A stretch of 64,000 nucleotides of DNA from Octopus vulgaris (GCA_951406725.2 OX597814.1:6572001-6636000); one strand, 5' to 3'. Shown: positions 40,728-53,019, counted from the first letter of the stretch. Made by a program: numbers and translations. Notes: a model not told the origin generated them from the letters alone.

Positions 40728-41802
40728 CCCTTTCCATACCAAACCGCCCGAAAAAAATTTTGGTTAATGTGACCAAACTGCCCAAAGCCGCCCAAATTTA
40801 CCTGTTCATATTTAAATGAGAATATCAGAGCAAATCTCTTTAGTACATTTGTGAAAACACGTATTATACTTCTTAAAGAGTTCAACTATAGTTTTGTACA
40901 AAAATCGAAGTGTAATTTTAATTCCGTGAATTTTGGAAGATTTTTTTCCGAAATTTGTTCCTATTGTGTTTTCAAAATTTGTAATTCTGACAAAAAATGG
41001 ATACGAATTTCATTATATCAAGCAGCGAGTCAGAATTCGAAGGATTTTCTACTGAAGACCTTCATAAATCTAACTCTATGACTGAAAAAAAAAGCATGTG
41101 GTATTTGATAATGAATCTGATGTTTCATTTTCCGAAAGTGAAAACTGTGAATTCGAGATCTCCGACAGCGATAAAGAAAATGAATTGGCACCTGAATGGA
41201 GTGAAAATTTAAAAACTGTTTCTTTCGGTGATTTTTCTGAAGAAACTGGACCAAGCCACAGACTTTCCCAGGAGAGTAAAGCCTTAGACTATTTCTTTTT
41301 ACTTTTTCGAATGAGCCTGTTTGAAATCATTACGGCGGAAACGAACCGTTACGCTAAACGTAAACAAAACGAAAGAAAGGATAGTTTGTCGTTTCCCACA
41401 ACCTTAAATGAAATTAAGACTATTTTGCCATAAATATTATTATGGGTATCAGAAAGTTACCCAGAATAACAAATTCTATCTTAAAATTTTGTTGTATACC
41501 CAATTGAATATTAGCTAATAACCCATTTTCTATAGCGATGTTTGAACAAAATTTTAATAATTTTATATATTGTTGAATTTACCTGTATCTACCTGCAATT
41601 AGAGTCACTTTGTGACAAAAATTATAGTATAGAATTGGTTGAGAACATTTCATTAAATTATCTTCCAAAATTCATGTTAATATATTGATAAATAAAAAAG
41701 TTATAGTTGTTTAATGAAACCAGACTAAATTTATGATTACGTTAGAAATTAATTGAAACACATAAGGGGTGTATTTTGGTCAGAAATATAGTAACGAAAG
41801 GA
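40728..41802 (+). mobile_element. Non-autonomous piggyBac deletion derivative
   Basis: TTAA on both sides (40724-40727, 41803-41806) and imperfect TIRs ccctttccatac / gtaacgaaagga. Internal acidic N-terminal transposase remnant ...ALDYFFLLF..SLFEIITAETNRYA..PTTLNEIK / IIMGIRKLP. Confidence 0.88.
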
Positions 41803-41861
41803 TTAAGGTGTCATTATACTAGTGGGTCCATCTGTTCTAATCTAATTAAATTCTATGTCGT

Positions 41862-41950
41862 TGTGCAGCTGAAGATTGCTCTACATTTTAAATTGATGTA
41901 ATGATTGCATTGTTCAATTAAATGGAGATGCATGAAACGATCATGCAGCA
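41862..41950 (+). ncRNA. Degenerate hammerhead of the same family as 15342
   Basis: CTGAAGA-ttgctctacatttta...taaatggagatgcat-GAAAC-GATC-AT. The cleavage triplet is damaged; the downstream flank ggatatccttgttacttattt is shared with the 15 kb copy. Confidence 0.5.
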
Positions 41951-42174
41951 TGATCTCTGGATATCCTTGTTACTTATTTTGATTTTAATCACCTTACTTT
42001 GAAATTGTATGGATAATACCATACTAAATTTTGGTGCCTCAACTTAAGTACCATATTCATCTGAATCTAAATTTTTACTTACACACACACACATGTGGAG
42101 CCCTGGTCATCTGTTACAGCACTTAACCAGCATACCTGGTTGTTTAGGTCACCTATGAACTAAACCCCCATATC

Positions 42175-42213
<39 letters not shown>

Positions 42214-42215
42214 TA

Positions 42216-42251
<36 letters not shown>

Positions 42252-42358
42252 TGTATACCAGAGTAAGCACATAAATGCAAAACAAGGTGGAAAAAATAGT
42301 ACTCGAATACCAGAGGTAGAGTAATATGCTTTATTAATAAGCAGCCAAAATATCACAA

Positions 42359-42402
42359 AAACTTTTACTCGGAGCTTCACGTACCTGTTCGTCAGACAGT
42401 TT
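42359..42402 (-). ncRNA. Type-I hammerhead-like motif, inverted twin of 42420-42463
   Basis: Reverse complement reads aaactgt-CTGACGA-acaggtacgt-GAAGC-TCCGA-GTA-aaagttt. Confidence 0.6.
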
Positions 42403-42419
42403 TGTTTAGAATCTAAGCA

Positions 42420-42463
42420 AAACTGTCTGACAAATGGGAATTTGAAACCCTGAGTAACAGTTT
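42420..42463 (+). ncRNA. Type-I hammerhead-like motif (CpG-decayed core)
   Basis: aaactgt-CTGACAA-atgggaattt-GAAAC-CCTGA-GTA-acagttt, with 7-bp stem I aaactgt/acagttt. Confidence 0.65.
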
Positions 42464-42698
42464 TTGTGATATTTTTGCTGCTTTTTGATAAAGTGTGTGT
42501 GCGTGTGTACATATATATATATATATATATACTCTTTACTCTTTTCAGTCATTTGACTGCGGCCAAGCTAGAGCACCGCCTTTAGTCGAGCAAATTAACC
42601 CCAGGACTTATTAAGCCTTGTACTTAGCCGAACCGCTGAGTTATGGGGACATAAATACACCAGCATCAGTTAAGTGATGTTGGGGGCACAAACATACG

Positions 42699-42731
<33 letters not shown>

Positions 42732-42852
42732 GATGGACTTCTTTCAGTTTCCATCTACCAAATCCACTCACAAGACTTTGGTCAGCCCGAGGCTACAGTA
42801 GAAGCCTGAACCCGGAACCATGTGGTTGGTAAGCAAGCTACTTACCACACAG

Positions 42853-42895
<43 letters not shown>

Positions 42896-44464
42896 CACAC
42901 ACACACGGATGTGTGTCTGTGTTCGTTTTCCTTGTGTTCACTGGTTTGTAAGCTCCAATGACATTAGCTTCCTGCTAATGACATTTCTTTGCAGTCCTCC
43001 ATGAAAGGATATCCAAGCTTTCTGTCATGGTGTAACATGTGGCACAGTCTGTTAACAAAAGACTGCTTAAACAGTGTTTTTTGTATCCAGTTCATGCCGG
43101 AAGCATGTTTGCATTGTTCAGAAGAATTGGAGAGTATTATGTTTGTTCGTTCACTGCCATTCCCTCTGGTGTTCAAAAATTCCTCTTAACTCATTCTGTT
43201 AGTGTTGTCTTGCTCTGCTTGTTTTTAGTTTTTGAACATCTCTAGAGGTAGGTTTCCCTACTAACGGTTAGAAAATGTCAATCCATTGAAGATTTTTCAG
43301 TTTACTCCCCATGCGATGGCCTACAATATTTCAAAGAACTTCTGCTTTGGTGTACTTTTTCATTTTCAATTTAGGTGGATGCCATCTCAAAACCATTCTG
43401 TAGAACTTCAAAGGAATGTCTTTAAAATTGTCATAGTACAATGTCTTTAAATAATTTCATTGCCAACTGTGAAAGAGAAAATAATGTGATACCATTTGGA
43501 ATCTATATCTGATTTCAGTTTGGCAATCAAATTATCAAAATTCTGTAGAATAACTGAAAGAGAAGAGAAGACATCTTAGCTTGCCATTTCAGCCAATTTT
43601 TTTCTTTCTCTCCTCTCATAAATGTCATCATACCAACTGATCTTTTGTGTTTTTGATTTCTGATATGTTTAACACACAACTAGTTATTGCATATTTTATG
43701 TTTTGCACTTCACCATTTGTAAATACAGATTTCTTGCTGACACAGAATAATCATATTTGATCGTCAACAAAGTGATTAACGTGGATAACACCAGCTGTAG
43801 CTGCTTTAATTAGATTATCATACAACCGCCAACTTAGATTTCACTCACACATCTCGCAGTTAGATTCACATCAGTAAAATAATATAGAAGCTTCAACCGT
43901 TGGACTGTGGCAATACTGGGGCATCAACATCAATTATTATTATTATTATTACTATTTAGGCAGTGAGCTGACAGAATCATCAGCATACTGGGCAAAATGC
44001 TTAGCAGTATTTCGCCTATTTCTGCATTCTGAGTTCAAATTCTGCTGAGGTCGACTTTGCCTTTCATCCTTTTGGGGTTGATAAATTAAGTACCAGTTGA
44101 ACGCTGGGGTTAATCTAATTGACCCAGCCCCTCCCCCAAAATGGCTGCCCTTGAGGTAAAATTTGAAACCATTATTATTATTATTATTATTAATATTATA
44201 ACAAAGGTAATATACCACTGAGGAAGCCTGTATGAGATTTCATAGAATTAACAATTAAATTTATCTCCAATTACAAGCTTCCATCTTGAAACAAAAATGC
44301 AATATTTTGAATAATACAGTCCAAAATATGGTTGAAATGCCTTTGGTCATGTGATCAGTCAGGCTTGACCTGGGCCAAAACTATGATATAACATTTGAAT
44401 CCATTACAAATAATGATTTATGTTGTATATTTATCCCCTTTTCTAAAATTTTATTTCTGCGCAG

Positions 44465-44668
44465 GTAAAGAAAGATCTTGAAGTTCGTGCCCAAAGAAGA
44501 ACAAACATGCTCTCATGGCTTGGACTAGGCATGATGGGATTGCAATTTGGAATTCTTGCTCGGCTCACTTGGTGGGAATATTCTTGGGATATCATGGAAC
44601 CTGTAACTTATTTTGTTACCTATGGAACCACAATGGCCATGTATGCTTATTTTGTTGTTACTAAACAG
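44465..44668 (+). CDS. MCU: MCU pore exon (TM1, WDIMEP selectivity filter, TM2), 204 nt, phase 0 to 0
   Basis: Acceptor tttctgcgcag| and donor CAG|gtaaaa. Translates [68 protein letters not shown], containing the diagnostic MCU DIME motif. Confidence 0.99.
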
Positions 44669-44754
44669 GTAAAAATTATTCATACATTTTAAACAAGAGT
44701 TATTTTCTGAGAATATTCACCCCCATCCCAAAAACGTCCTGTAATATACATATA

Positions 44755-44947
44755 TATATATAATTATAAAAATAAGGGTTTAGCAACAAGTTGCTTGACC
44801 ACATACCGAAAAGTGACAAATATTGTTGTCTGTGGAGACATATTTTTGTAGAAAAAGGAAATAGTAGTCTTTTGGCTGCTATTTCTAAAATTTTTGGTAT
44901 GTGGTCAAGCAACTTGTTGCAAAACCATTATTGTTATAATTATATAT
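44755..44947. repeat. Inverted repeat (~57-bp arms, 25-bp perfect core) 87 nt downstream of the MCU pore exon
   Basis: gcaacaagttgcttgaccacatacc (44783-44807) / ggtatgtggtcaagcaacttgttgc (44896-44920). Confidence 0.9.
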
Positions 44948-45068
44948 AAAAAAAACTTTGTGTATAAGTTTTTACCGAATATAGTCCTTTTCCATACCGA
45001 AAAACTACTAGGTGTAATTTGTTGATTTTATTAAATTAATAATTTTTCACCCTATATCTGTAATGATA

Positions 45069-45099
<31 letters not shown>

Positions 45100-45789
45100 G
45101 TCTATTTTGTAGACCTATGAGAAGATCATTAATAGAATTTCTGAAACACTCTCAAGATGCTTACATGCTTATAGACTTTTGCATAATGCAGTAGGAATGA
45201 ATTTTAGTAACTGTTAACCAAGTTAATAATTTACCTTAAGATATGGATGAATTAAACTTCACTCTAGCCTCCCCATTCTTATAAACACTAAGTAGCTATT
45301 TAATTCACTGTGTGAACGTATGTGTGCCAAGCCACACGTGTGCGTATGCTTATATCTTAATTCCGCTGAGGTCGACTTTGCCTTTCATCCTTTCGGGGTC
45401 GATAAATAAAGTACCAGTTTCGCACTGGGGGCCATATAATCGACTCAATCCCTTCGTCTGTCCTTGTTTGTCCCCTCTATGTTTAGCCCCTTATGGGCAG
45501 TAAAGAAATATATATCTTTGTGGATGTTTGTACGAGTGAGTGTGCATGCACCAAACAACCTAAGCGAGGGCATTTATACATCCACATCCGTTAAGTTAGA
45601 TTTAACATTTGTTTCGCTGTATTGTGCATTCGTCACTTCTGGCATCTAACATTTTTTTATTGATCTTCTATAAAAATGAAGCTGCATCCATTAATTTGCT
45701 GCTTTTCTATACACAAATCATGAAGATATCTTTTAGAACGATCATTATTTTAATGAGATACATCTTATTATCACTTGAAGAGGCACATC

Positions 45790-45873
45790 TACACTGATGG
45801 ATACTCCTAAAACAGTTGTTAAATATCCCATCCGTGAAGGATTGATGCTAGATGGGTTGAAACAATTGTAGTA
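45790..45873 (+). ncRNA. Degenerate hammerhead-like motif
   Basis: taca-CTGATGG-...cccatc...gatgggtt-GAAAC-AATT-GTA-gta. Palindromic ACAATTGT loop III; weak stem I. Confidence 0.4.
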
Positions 45874-46005
45874 ATTAAGAAACAGTTTCATATCTTCCAT
45901 CTTCTGTCTCCCTCATTAATCAAATATATATAATACCACATATATAAACTAGTTCTTGCCATCTATAATGGTTTGTCCATCTTCTGTGCGTGTGTGTATA
46001 TGTGT

Positions 46006-46587
46006 CATCATCGTTTAGCGTCCGCTTTCCATGCTAGCATGGGTTGGACGGTTCGACCGGGGTCTGGGAAGCCAGAAGGCTGCACCAGGCCCAGTCTGAT
46101 CTGGCAATGTTTCTATGGCTGGATGCCCTTCCTAACACCAACCACTCCGTGAGTGTAGTGGGTGCTTTTACATGCCAGACAAGGCTGGCAAACAGCCACG
46201 ATCGGATGGTGCTTTTTACGTGCCACCAGCATGGGGGCCAGGTGAGGCTGGCAACGGCCACATTCGGATGGTGCTTTTTATGTGCCACCGGCACGAGGCC
46301 AGTCAAGGCAGCGCTGGCAACGGCCACGTTCGGATGGTTTTCTTACATACCACCAGCACTGGTATCACAGCTGCAATTTCCATTGATGTTGATCGATTTT
46401 GATTTTGATTTTCACTTGCCTCAATAGGTCTTTGCAAGTAGAGTTTTGTGTCCCAAGAAGGAAAGGTATGCATAAGTGGACTGGCTACATCCCAGGTAGA
46501 GGCCACGGGTTATGGTCTCACTTCTCCTGCCGAGTCTTCTCGCGCACAGCATACTTCCAAAGGTCTCGGTCTCTAGTAATTTCCTCG
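46006..46587 (-). mobile_element. RTE LINE 3' end copy
   Basis: Same structure as 35711-36372. Confidence 0.85.
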
Positions 46588-46596
46588 AGAGTGAAA

Positions 46597-46670
<74 letters not shown>

Positions 46671-48531
46671 GAACTCACACAATGATATAAATATCTGTGA
46701 GGGCCTTATGTGTTAGTATATATCAACTCTTACTTAGATAAGAGTTGATATACACTAACAGCAGAGTTCCTACAAAGAACACAAAGTTGTCGTATTTGGT
46801 AAAGAAAGTCAGCCATATTTGTTTCATTAACAGCCACACTGTATGAATATATTTTCATATAATCATTGAAACATTGCTGGTAGGCTGATGCTGCTGCTGC
46901 CAAAATACCCTTCTGTAAACTTCATCCAACAGTCAGTCAAATTTCTCAATCCAATACTTCTAATTATATTCAAAATTGAATTTTTTCATTAAAAATCTGA
47001 TTTCTGTTTATCCGTATGTCCTTATCCCCATGCAGCTGTGATGTGGAGTTGATTTCTGAAATTTTTATCCAACTGTAGTCGCATGTTAAATTCATACTAG
47101 CCCTTAATCATAAACTGCTACTCCTCCTGCAATATCTCCTCAGGTACAGTTTCCTTGTAAAATTAGTTCATTGTGAATTGCTTACCATCATTGCTAGTTG
47201 AGCAAACTTGAAATCCTGCTCAGTGGCAATTCTAAACATTCATAACTATTTCTGTTTGTGCTTCACTCTGTGAATAGCCAAACAGTTTCTGTCACAGTGA
47301 AATGATCAATCATTGTTTACTTTTAGGTGTTGTTCACTGGAATTTATTGTTAATAATAATCACCGTCCGCTTTCCATGCTGGCATCGGCTGGACAATTTG
47401 ACTGAGGTCTGGCAAGCTAGATGGCTGCACCAGGCTCCAATCTGATCTGGCAGTTTCTACAGCTGGATACCCTTCCTAATGCCAAACACTCCGAGAGTGT
47501 AGTGGGTGCTTTTACGTGCCCTGGCACAAGGGCCAGTTAGGCGGTACTGGCAACGACTACACTCAAAAGGTGTTTTTTACGTGCCACCTGCACAGGAGCC
47601 AGTCCAGTGGCACTGGCAACGATCACACTCGAATGGTTGGTTTTATGTGCCACCAGCAAGGGAGCCAGTCAGCAGCCCTGGCAACGATTACGCTCGGATG
47701 ATGCTTTTAACATTCCACTGGCGCAATAATGATAATACTTTCTTATTTTGTCACAAGGCCAGCAATTTTAAAGGAAGGGGTTAGTTGATTTTATCAACCC
47801 CAATGCTCAGCCTGCTTTTATTGTATTGACTCTGAAAAGATGAAAGGCAAAGACTTTGGTAGAATTTGAACTCAGAATGTAAAGATGGACAAAATGTATC
47901 TCAGTATTTGGTCCGGTGTACTAATGATTGTGCCAGCTTGCTGCCTTGGTTTCAAATTTTGACACTCTTAAAAAAACAAAAAATTCTCATGAGTTCCGTT
48001 CACATCCAAAGAAAAACAGTGTCAACTTGAAAATACTTGATTCTCTTAAAATTCTTTCGAAACTGAATTATTACAAATTTAACAGAATCTTAATTCTCAG
48101 ATTCTGGTGTCCTTCCCATGTAGTATATCACTGCTAATCATGAATAACACCCTTAATTCATTGCTATAAGAATGAATATATTTTGTATATGACACACAGA
48201 CCTGTCTGTGTGTCATACCTGAGTTTCTATTTAGAGTCACCATCATTTAATGTTCATTTTGCATGCTGGCATAAGGTGGACAGTGTGACAGCAACTGACA
48301 AGCCAGATGGCTGTGCAAGGCTCCAGTTGTCTATTTTGGGGTGGTTTCTATGGCTGGATTTCCTTCCTAACACCAACCACTTTACAGAGTGTACTGGGTA
48401 CTTTTCATGTGATCCCAGCATGGGGGCTTTGCTTTTTACATGGTACCAACATAGGTGCTTTTTATGTGGTACCAACACGCAATGGTAGTTTGCATCATTC
48501 CCTCACATCAAACCTGCAATATCTGTCTACA

Positions 48532-48593
<62 letters not shown>

Positions 48594-48840
48594 GGGAGAG
48601 TTTACGAAAAAAACAAAAGATGAAGACAGGTGGTGTACAAAACAAACAGATGTATTAGTATAACGCTCAGGAATAGAAAAAGTCTTTTGCTTTTTGAGCC
48701 TACGCTCTTCCACAGAAAGGGACACAGAAAAAAACAAGGAGAGAAAAAAAAGGATAAGATCGTTAAACTAAAATAAAATGAAATAACAATTTTATCAAGT
48801 GGCCAGCATGGAAAAAATAACCTTCAAAGGTAATAATTAT

Positions 48841-49011
48841 TAAAATTATAAATTAGGATATCTACGAGAAACCACCGTGCTGAAAATAGCAGCCATGATC
48901 TGACTCTAAAGCCACCTTGCGATATGGACAATTAAGGTGGCCTTAGAGTTGGATCATGGCTGCTATTTTCAGCATGTGGTATCTCGTAAGATACCTTAAT
49001 TTATAATTTTA
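48841..49011. repeat. Inverted repeat with ~78-bp arms and 15-nt loop; same family as 36810-37620
   Basis: gctgaaaatagcagccatgatc...gccacctt / aaggtggc...gatcatggctgctattttcagc. Confidence 0.9.
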
Positions 49012-49196
49012 TATATATATATATATATATTTGACCGATAACCAGAAGTCACTCTCTGTTTCTCTCTCTCTCACACATTCTTTCACACCTCCCCCTCTTT
49101 AGAAAAGTGTGTTGAGAATAACTGATGAAAGAGCAAAACTGATTTTAGTGTTTGTAAGATTTGTTCACCAATCTAATTCTTAGCCAACAGGAACAT

Positions 49197-49605
49197 GACA
49201 AGGCGGCGATCTGGCAGAGACATTAGCACGCCGGGCCAAATGCTTATCGATATTTCATCTGTCGCTACGTTCTGAGTTCAAATTCCGCCGAAGTCAACTT
49301 TGCCTTTCATCCTTTTGGGGTTGATTAAATAAGTACCAGTTATGCACTGGGGTTGATGTAATCGACTTAATCCGTTTGTCCTCTCTGTGTTTAGCCCCTT
49401 GTGGGTAGTAAAGAAATAGGTATTTCGTCTGCCGCTACGTTCTGAGTTCAAATTCTGCCGAGGTCAACTTTGCCTTTTATCCTTTCGGGGTCAATTAAAT
49501 AAGTACCAGTTAAGCACTGGGGTCGATATAATCGACTTAATCCATTTGTCTGTCCTTGTTTGTCCTCTCTGTGTTTAGCCCCTTGTGGGTAGTAAAGAAA
49601 TAGAA
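49197..49605 (+). mobile_element. tRNA-derived SINE with Nin/Deu-like domain, partially tandem-duplicated; relatives at 22363-22594 (-), 43955-44170, 45358-45510, 47735-47960 (-), 18630-18790 (-), 7855-8200 (-), 63705-63875
   Basis: gagttcaaattcc B box, then gcctttcatcctttcggggtcgataaa..agtaccag domain. The second unit starts at about 49418. Confidence 0.8.
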
Positions 49606-49798
49606 ATAGGAACATGACAAATGCCTGCTAGCTCCTGATATTTCATGTCACTTTAACATGTAGCCATGCATTCTGGCCATCATACAACTGCCGATATATA
49701 AGAGACCAATCTTGCAATGAAGCTAGTTTCTATATCCTTAATTACTCTTTCTATGTCTAAATCAATTTGCCTAATGAGATTTCTATTCTCTTTTCCAG

Positions 49799-49996
49799 GA
49801 ATATAATTTCCTTGAAGTTAAAGACCGACAATATCTGCTGAGTTTCTACAAAAATGCCGAGAAAAAACGCCTGGACGTGCACAAGTATAACCACTTACGA
49901 GATGCTATTTCTCAGGTGGAATACGATCTTCTTCGATTAAGGGATCCTCTTCAATTACAGCTGCCTATAGGTCACATACAGAGGCAAAAGTCCTGA
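49799..49996 (+). CDS. MCU: MCU terminal coding exon (CC2 and C-terminus), stop TGA at 49994-49996
   Basis: Acceptor ttttccag|. Translates EYNFLEVKDRQYLLSFYKNAEKKRLDVHKYNHLRDAISQVEYDLLRLRDPLQLQLPIGHIQRQKS*, matching the MCU C-terminus (DRQYLL..F, KYNQLKDAI, LKRLRDPLQ). In frame with the previous exon. Confidence 0.97.
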   Translation, partial: EYNFLEVKDRQYLLSFYKNAEKKRLDVHKYNHLRDAISQVEYDLLRLRDPLQLQLPIGHIQRQKS

Positions 49997-50056
49997 GATT
50001 GGCTCAGATTTCACAGCCCCTCACTGCGACTAAGTGTTACTGTGTTATTGTTCATG

Positions 50057-50135
50057 GACTATTTCTACTACTTTGACTACTACTACTACTTCAAATACTA
50101 CTACTACTACTACAACTACTACTACTACTACTACT
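50057..50135 (+). repeat. (TAC)n microsatellite 60 nt after the MCU stop
   Basis: Interrupted ctactactac run. Confidence 0.9.
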
Positions 50136-52600
50136 TATGGTGTTGGCCACCGCAGTTGCGATGCACTATGACTTTGCTTCAACTAATTCATTCATTTGTG
50201 GTACTTTTACTCAACCTTTTATAGTAAACATCTTTGTATATTAACTGTAGCATCTTGTTGCCAATTGTTAACCTCAATCACAGAAATATCTTCTTATTTT
50301 GTTACTAATATCTACAATCTTGATTGGTCAGAATTAAATAATAATAATAATGATAATAATAATGATAACATGGAAACGTGAAAAAGTGAAGCTTTTTATA
50401 AAGGAACAAAACAACAAAAAAAAAAGCGTTAAAGAAACCGTAAAACTCTCTCTCGCCTGTCATTGGTTCAAACAAATCTCTCCAGTCTCCAAGATTGTTG
50501 AGATGAATTTGCATTGCTTTATGATTAACAACTTAAACTGTTTTATTGTAAGTCTTTTATTTGTTTTTGTTGTATTCTTGATTTTTTTTCTTCTTTTGTT
50601 TAAGAAAAAGAAAAAGATGTTTACATGACTGAAGTGTTTTGTTAACAGACCTCTTTGAACTGAAATCCACCCTTTCAAATAGTTTACTCATAATAATTAA
50701 ATGGGTGGCTAAGACACTTAAAACACCAATTTAGACATTAAGGGGTTTTTTTCTTTTTTTTTTCTTCTTCCATTTTCCATTTACTTTCAACCAAAACAAA
50801 CAGCGGTGTGTTTCTGCTAGATCAATGTATAATTAAAACAATATACCCTATTTAATTTGACCCCCATCTTAATTAGTGATTTTCTTAACGAAAAGTCTCT
50901 TCTTTGGCTTTCCTGCTTCTTTATTTCTTTCTTCCAAAATCCTATATTCTTCACAGTATATTTATAGCTAAAACTCTACAGTATTTTCTGCACTTTAGAT
51001 CATTTAATTAAAGCATTTAATTAAAAGAAATCTTGGAAATATTAAGCTATCAAATTTGTTGTTGATGTTTGAAATCTTATATTTCATTTCATTTAACATC
51101 CAACTGACTCTAAACCCTAACTTCTTTAATCTTCAATTGCTCACCTAATATAGTTTGGGGCCCCCAAAGCAATCTATAACATTGTTATTGGTAAATGTTC
51201 ATCAATAATCCACATTAATTACGAAATATCAATAGGAGAGTGTATTACAATACACTTGGCCCTGCTTATGAAAAATGGCTTCTTTTAAACAACAACTTGT
51301 GCAGAATTGACATTGAATCTCAAATATATTTGCTGCTGAAGGTTTAAAAATGAAACAAAATTTAGTTTTGTTGATGTTAAAGCATATAATTAGTGAATCT
51401 CATTTAATTAGTATTGGCAGTGGAGGTAGTGATTGTCTGGCTAGACATTTACTTTTGGATTCTCCTCTATAATATCAGAGCAATTCATCCGCAAATGCTT
51501 CTGCAAACCCACTGATGGTTCCATAGAGATTATTCTGGGTGATTCTAGAAAAAAAGTAATCATTTCCTAGCCTCAACCCATCTCTCTCTCAGCCTTCCTA
51601 CATATCTATGTCTGTTTATGTATTTATCTATCCATATATATATATATATATATCTTTGTGATTACACCTTTATCCACATACTTATCTCTCCATCCATCTA
51701 TCTATCCATCCCTCTCTCTCTCTCTCACTCTCTCCCCAAAACTATAAAATTCTTTCATGACAATGTTTCTTCCACAAATCACTCTTTGCTCCCTATTGTG
51801 ATTTCTCCCCTCAATCTTACTCTGAAAATTCCTTCTTAAAATGATAAAAGTTTTGTCTTTCTGATAAAGTCCATTGTGATACTAAAACTATTATTATTCC
51901 ATTTGAAAATGGTCGTCGTCTTTCTCAGCACAAATTCCTTAAATTTTGATTGCAGTTCTTTTACTGTCTCTAAATCTAGCCTACTTTTGTTTTAAAAACT
52001 GATATTGTACAGCATGTTCTCCCACCCCACTAATACTCAGTTTCTCAAATATGATTTGTCAAAACAAATGGATATTTTTTCTCCCTTTCAGTGTTTCTGA
52101 TATCTATAGAAATATTCCCTTCCTGGGACTTTCTACAGATCAATTTTCATTTTCAAGTACACTTGGGAAAAAGTGTGAAAGCAACTGTGTGGTGTGTGTA
52201 TATAATCCATATCAACATGGAAAGCAGACATAAAATGAGGATTACTATATATATATCTTTGCTAATGATATATGGATGGACAGATAACCAGTGTCCATGA
52301 AACAGAAAAACCATTTTCAGGTCCATCAAGTCACTGGTGATCTCCATTTCAAGAGTTTTGTATTAAGATGGTGACATTTCTTGAAGACTGAAAAGTAATC
52401 TCTTCTATTGTGGAGATATTCCTCATTAAACAGCCAGAGCAATCACCCATGAAACTGTCTTTTCAAATAAATGCTTAAATTTCACATCCTAAACTCTACC
52501 TTTTCAATCATTTGGATACTTGTTGGAATCCTTGAAGGATAAGCCAATCATTGAACTCCTGACTTGGAAATAGTTCCAGATTTATTTTTGGTGACTACTG

Positions 52601-52700
52601 ACTCTGGCTCTGTCAGTTTGACTCTGGCTCTGTCAGTTTGACTCTGGCTCTGTCAGTTTGACTCTGGCTCTGTCAGTTTGACTCTGGCTCTGTCAGTTTG
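52601..52700 (+). repeat. Perfect minisatellite, 5 x 20 nt ACTCTGGCTCTGTCAGTTTG
   Basis: Five identical units read directly. Confidence 0.97.
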
Positions 52701-52975
52701 ACTTGTTCCTTCTTTTGATTAGAAACCTTGCAGTTTCACTATTTTCAGGAAAGGATTCCCTGCTTTTTTTTTAGTTTGCCTTCTTTTGGCAAACTGGAAG
52801 TCAAATATTTTAAGGGTTAAGGAAAATTAAGAAGTGTATTCCTTTGAAAAATGAATAACAGCAGCAGCAGCTTGTTTGTGTGTGTAGAATTGGTCGCGGC
52901 CAGAAACTGAAATGAAATCATTGATTTTATACACGATGAGTTTACCTCAACCATCTTCTACTTGCTGCCCCAGAG

Positions 52976-53019
<44 letters not shown>

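Larger units (their letters stand above)
42329..42493. repeat. Diverged palindrome with ~80-bp arms and two back-to-back hammerheads
   Basis: aagcagccaaaatatcacaaaaact...tcagacagttttgtttaga-a-tctaagcaaaactgtctga...agtttttgtgatatttttgctgctt. Confidence 0.9.

Noticed and set aside
42970-43650. Possible decayed DNA-transposon coding remnant on the minus strand
   Set aside because: No diagnostic motif or termini identifiable by eye.
44669-44692. ORF-track extension VKIIHTF and the Met start at 44507
   Set aside because: Read-through into the intron and an internal Met; the true exon is 44465-44668.
52601-52700. CRISPR-like array (also the ~60-nt units in RTE tails)
   Set aside because: No unique spacers, no cas genes, eukaryotic context.
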